Shown here: positions 60,639 through 64,000 of the stretch, in pieces
Layout: the number at the start of each line of letters is the position of its first letter
How positions within the stretch are numbered: the first letter of the stretch is position 1
Origin: Candidatus Aenigmatarchaeota archaeon
Lineage (GTDB): Archaea; Aenigmatarchaeota; Aenigmatarchaeia; QMZP01; QMZT01
DNA: 64,000 bases
Direction of reading: 5' to 3'
Assembly (NCBI GenBank): GCA_003663325.1
Contig: QMZT01000002.1
Span: 731-64,730, forward strand
Notes under the pieces: model-generated
What the model saw: the letters and a program-made list of their open reading frames with translations, nothing else
What the model was told of the DNA's origin: nothing
Database searches by the model: none
Translations under genes and position numbers: made by a program

Positions 60639-61012
60639 GTCAGGGTATTGGGAACCGTGGGCTGAATGCCTTGTTGCCTCAGCACTTACACCCCGGTCCC
60701 ATTAACCCCCTCGTCTAGGGGACCTTCCTTCCCGCACCGTCCCTTGCGAGACAGCTTGGGAAATAGCCACCTCTTTTTGGGGGCGGCTTCGGGCTTAGAT
60801 GCCTTCAGCCCTTATCCGCTACGGCGTAGCTACCCGGCAATGCTTGGACAACCGGTAAACCAGAGGCCGCGACGCCCTGTTCCTTTCGTACTAAGGGCAT
60901 CTTCCCCTCAGGTGGCTAGCACCTCCAGCAGATAAAGACCGTACTGGCTCGCACCGTACTTAACCCAGCTAACGTGACTCTTTAATGGGTGAACACCCCC
61001 ACCCTTGGGCGC

Positions 61013-61087
61013 GTACAGAGCCTTTCTTCATATTTCTTTCCCTAAAGGCTTTCTTGAGGAAGCTTTAGCTCGTGTAAAGAAAGGCTT
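61013..61087 (-). other. 75-nt BHB intron in the 23S H91 loop (after about E. coli 2534)
   Basis: GCAG/CUGU helix, bulges CA|A and AC|G, stem AGCCUUUCUU/AAGAAAGGCU. Removal restores GCGUGCAGCAGCGC. Confidence 0.88.
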
Positions 61088-61680
61088 TGCTGCACGCCCA
61101 GGGAGAGCCGAGCCGACGGCGGAGAAGCAACGAGCGGGGTCGATATGAACTCTCACCCGCCACGACTCCATTATCCCCGTGGTAGCTTTTCTGACAGAGC
61201 TGGCTCCCAATAATGGAGCACAGCGGATCGCTAGGCCACGCTTTCGCGGCAGGATTCCTTGCTGTGTGGAATCCTGTCAAGCCGGCTTTTGCCCTTGCAC
61301 TCTTCCCCGGATTTCTGACCCGGGTGAGCCGACCTTAGGGCGCCTCTGATCTCTTGTCAGAGGCGTACCGCCCCAGCCAAACTGCCCATCTGCTGCTGTC
61401 CCCCGAAGGGTTAGTGATATGGCAACAGAAGGGTGGTGTTACATTGTCGCCTTTACATAACCCGAAAGTTATGCTGCATTGCTCCCACCTACGCTCTGCA
61501 TCCATCGCCATACCACAGCAACAGACTGCAGTAAAGTTCAACGGGGTCTTCTCGTCCCGCTGGAGGTCTCCTGAATATGCGCAGGACATTAATTTCACCG
61601 GGTCCCAGCCTGGGACAGTGGGGATCTCGTTAAGCCCTTCATGCAGGCCGACAATTAATCGGCAAGGGATTACGCTACCT

Positions 61681-61729
61681 TTTTCCAACCCTTTCTTTCC
61701 GTAAACGCTTTCTTTTTAAGAAAGGGTTT
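61681..61729 (-). other. 49-nt BHB-like intron in 23S at about E. coli 1927
   Basis: Removal restores CUUA^AGGUAGCG. Stem AACCCUUUCUU/AAGAAAGGGUU; the central helix has one mismatch. Confidence 0.85.
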
Positions 61730-62540
61730 TAAGACGGTCAGAGTTACCGCCGCCGTTTACCGGGGCTTAGCCTCCTTGAAAGGAGGTTTCACACACCGGC
61801 ACCGGGCAGGCCTCAGGAGCTGTACAAATCCTTTCGGACTAGCAGCCCCCTACGTTTTTGTTAAACAGTCGGACCCCCCTTGTCACTGCGACCTACTGAT
61901 TCTAGCCAAGCTAGAACAGTAGGCACCCCTTATACCGAGGATACGGGGCTAATTTGCCGAATTCCCTAGGCTGGGTTATCCCGTCACACCTTTGCCTTCT
62001 CAGCAAGGGTCACCTGTGACGGTTCTCGGTACGGTCACAGAGGATCCTTCTCCACTTCCTTTTCATTGTCTCTAGGAGTCGGCCAAACCCCCTAACGGGG
62101 GCCATTCCCAACTTCACCTGGTTCTCACCATTACGGTACTCCCCAGGCTTAATTGGTTAGCCACTTGCGTGGTTGGCCTATCCCAAAGCGTCGGAAGTGG
62201 AGCTTGCGTCACCGCGTGTACCTCTGTGGTGCAGGAATATTAACCTGCTTCCCTTTCGGCAAACTCCTGTTAGGGTTTGCCTTAGGACCGACTAACCCTC
62301 AGCCGATGATCGTTGCTGAGGAAACCTAGCCCTTTAGGTGGTTAGGAATTTCACCTAACCTTGCTGTTACTATTGGCAGGATTCTTGTTCCTGCTAGGTC
62401 CACCCCAGCTCACGCAAGGGCTTCTACCCTAGCAGGACACCCCCCTACACCCACTTTCGTGGTCCAGGGTCTCGGTGGCCTGCTTAGTCCCGTCCATTTT
62501 CAGGGCCTTTAACCTGGGCGGGTGAGCTATTACGCACTCT

Positions 62541-62608
62541 ATCCTCCCTTTTTACGGTGTTTTTTCGCTTAAGCCTTTTTGAGGAAGCATAAGCTCCCGT
62601 AAAAAGGC
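62541..62608 (-). other. 68-nt BHB intron in the 23S GTPase centre at about E. coli 1085
   Basis: CUUU/GAGG helix, bulges AA|G and AU|A, stem CCUUUUUACGG/CCGUAAAAAGG. Removal restores CCUUUAA^AGAGUGCG. Confidence 0.9.
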
Positions 62609-63737
62609 TTAAAGGATGGCTGCTTCTAAGCCAACCTCCCCGCTGTCTTAGGTTAAAGACACCTTTCCTCACTTAGCAGGCACTTTGGGACCTTAACCCT
62701 GGTCTAGCTTGTTTGCTTCTCGGACATCGAGCTTACCCCGATGCCCCCACTCCAACCTTCTACGGTGCTGGCAGATTCTGAGTTTGACAGGGTAACTGGG
62801 CCTTTCGACCCTTGGTTACCCAATCAGTAACTTTACCCTGCCAGCGACCTCTGGTTGGGCTGAACTTAGGTTCATTTCGGGGGGAACCAGCTATCGCCGA
62901 TCTCGATTGGCTTTTCACCCCTAGTCCTCGGTCAACTAAGCGGTTTGAATCCCAGCAATAGGTGCGGGCCTCCATCCCACTTTCGTGGGACTTCACCCTG
63001 CCGAGGACTAGATCGACCGGCTTCTGGTCTTACCCCTGTGACTCAGGGCGCTTTCACACCCACTCCCCTCACTCTTGCGAGTTGCGGGAGTTTTGCTTTC
63101 GCTTTGGCTTCTTTTCTTAACCTCGCCACAGAGGTAAACTCCCTGCCGCGTGTTTCGAAACGGGCGATATGACCACGAAGGCATGGCCATATCAACCTAT
63201 GGTTGCATGGTTTCAGGCTCTTTTCACCTCCTGTTACGGATACTTTTCAGCTTTCCGTCACCGTACTAGTGCGCTATCGGACTCGGGGTGTATTTAGGGT
63301 TGGGAGTTATTGGCTCCCATCTTCCCACTCCATATCCGAGGAGCGGTACTCTGGGATTCTGGGAATTTCCCTTCTGTACTACGCCTACGGGGCTATCACC
63401 CTCTATGGCACCCCTTTCCAGGGGACTTCGGCTCGTACAGCTAGGGAATACCCAGGCCCAAACCCCACATCCGCTTTGGCTCATCGCCAAAGCGTTCGGT
63501 TTGCCCTGTGCCGCTTTCCCTCGCCGGTACTAACGGCATCGCTATTGCTTTCTTTTCCTGCGGGTACTAAGATGTTTCAATTCCCCGCGTCCCCGTTCCA
63601 TGAAGGAACAGCTTGCGCTAGGAGGTCCCATTAGGGAATCCTGGGTTCAAAGCTCGCATGCAGCTACCCCAGGCTTATCGCAGCTTGCCACGCCCTTCTT
63701 CGGCCCCCGAGCCAAGCCATCCACCATGCAACCTATT

Positions 63738-63764
63738 GATCCTTTTATCTTGATGGCTTGCCTT
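63738..63764 (-). other. 5' strand of the 23S processing stem (BHB)
   Basis: AAGGCAAGCCAUCAA-GAUA-AAA-GGAUC. Confidence 0.9.
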
Positions 63765-63771
63765 TATCATA

Positions 63772-63835
63772 AAAGGGTTCAAGCGGTGTTCACATCCTCA
63801 TCTAATTTCAGTAAATATAATCTCATCACCCCTTT
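63772..63835 (-). ncRNA. Box C/D sRNA in the rRNA spacer, predicted guide for Um2552
   Basis: C GUGAUGA, D' CUGA, C' UAGAUGA, D UUGA, terminal AAAGGG/CCCUUU. The D guide GUGAACACC is complementary to the 23S A-loop. Confidence 0.72.
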
Positions 63836-63894
63836 CCAATCCACCCCTTATCACAGGATAAGGAGTTTCATATATCATATTTCGAGAAGCGCAG

Positions 63895-64000
63895 TGGACC
63901 GAGTGGGATTTCCCACCATTCATGCTTCTCTCCCGAGGGTCTCTTTGCGGAAGTGTTAGCTCCCGTAAAGAGAGGCTCTTCGAACCCACGGCCTCCGCCT
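63895..64000 (-). tRNA. 3' half of the spacer tRNA-Ala (partial) with a 70-nt T-loop intron (63909-63978)
   Basis: AGGCC-GUGGG-UUCGAA[intron]U-CCCAC-UCGGUCC-A. U70 fits the G3:U70 Ala identity and the position upstream of 23S fits. The anticodon is outside the window. Confidence 0.82.

Larger units (their letters stand above)
60634..63742 (-). rRNA. rrl: Archaeal 23S rRNA with three BHB introns
   Basis: Conserved segments in order: GAAUUGAAACAUCUUAGUA, GTPase centre, H69, P-loop CUGGGGCGG, A-loop UGUUC, sarcin-ricin loop. Confidence 0.98.

Noticed and set aside
63909-63978. Twister- or hammerhead-like ribozyme in the intron family (UAACACU, GAAA)
   Set aside because: The remaining catalytic core motifs (CUGANGA, twister pseudoknot elements) are not present.
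60666-63989. Many short ORFs on both strands, or intron-encoded homing endonucleases
   Set aside because: These are shadow ORFs of GC-rich rRNA/tRNA. The introns are only 49-75 nt and cannot encode a nuclease.

Overview
Archaeal chromosomal window with AT-rich coding DNA and a GC-rich rRNA. It is most likely DPANN, plausibly Aenigmatarchaeota (inferred from gene content and style, not from a search). Most of it is housekeeping: secDF, pus10-rpl21e-rpoF, rpoH-B''-B'-A'-A'', rpl6/rpl32e, XPF, purM-like, pyrG, ABCE1, an S-layer gene, RFC, bacterial-type metK, carAB and an ITPase. It also holds a complete 14-gene Mbh-type membrane-bound [NiFe]-hydrogenase operon and an MNT-HEPN pair. The most unusual signal is in the RNA genes. 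I count nine short, ORF-less introns with canonical or relaxed bulge-helix-bulge (BHB) motifs: three in the 23S rRNA, three in tRNA-Lys(UUU) (whose anticodon sits on a 7-nt micro-exon), and one each in tRNA-Gly, tRNA-Asp and tRNA-Ala. The tRNA-Ala intron and the 23S introns look homologous and share an alternative-pairing architecture, suggesting one mobile mini-intron family moving between tRNA and rRNA. One tRNA-Lys intron is antisense to its own spliced tRNA and carries a kink-turn-like D/C motif. A box C/D sRNA in the rRNA spacer fits the +5 rule for U2552 of the adjacent 23S. The peptidyl-transferase centre carries many substitutions at classic drug-resistance positions. The SRP RNA lacks helix 6, and CarB ends in a PyrI allosteric domain. 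All RNA structures and E. coli position numbers were derived by eye.
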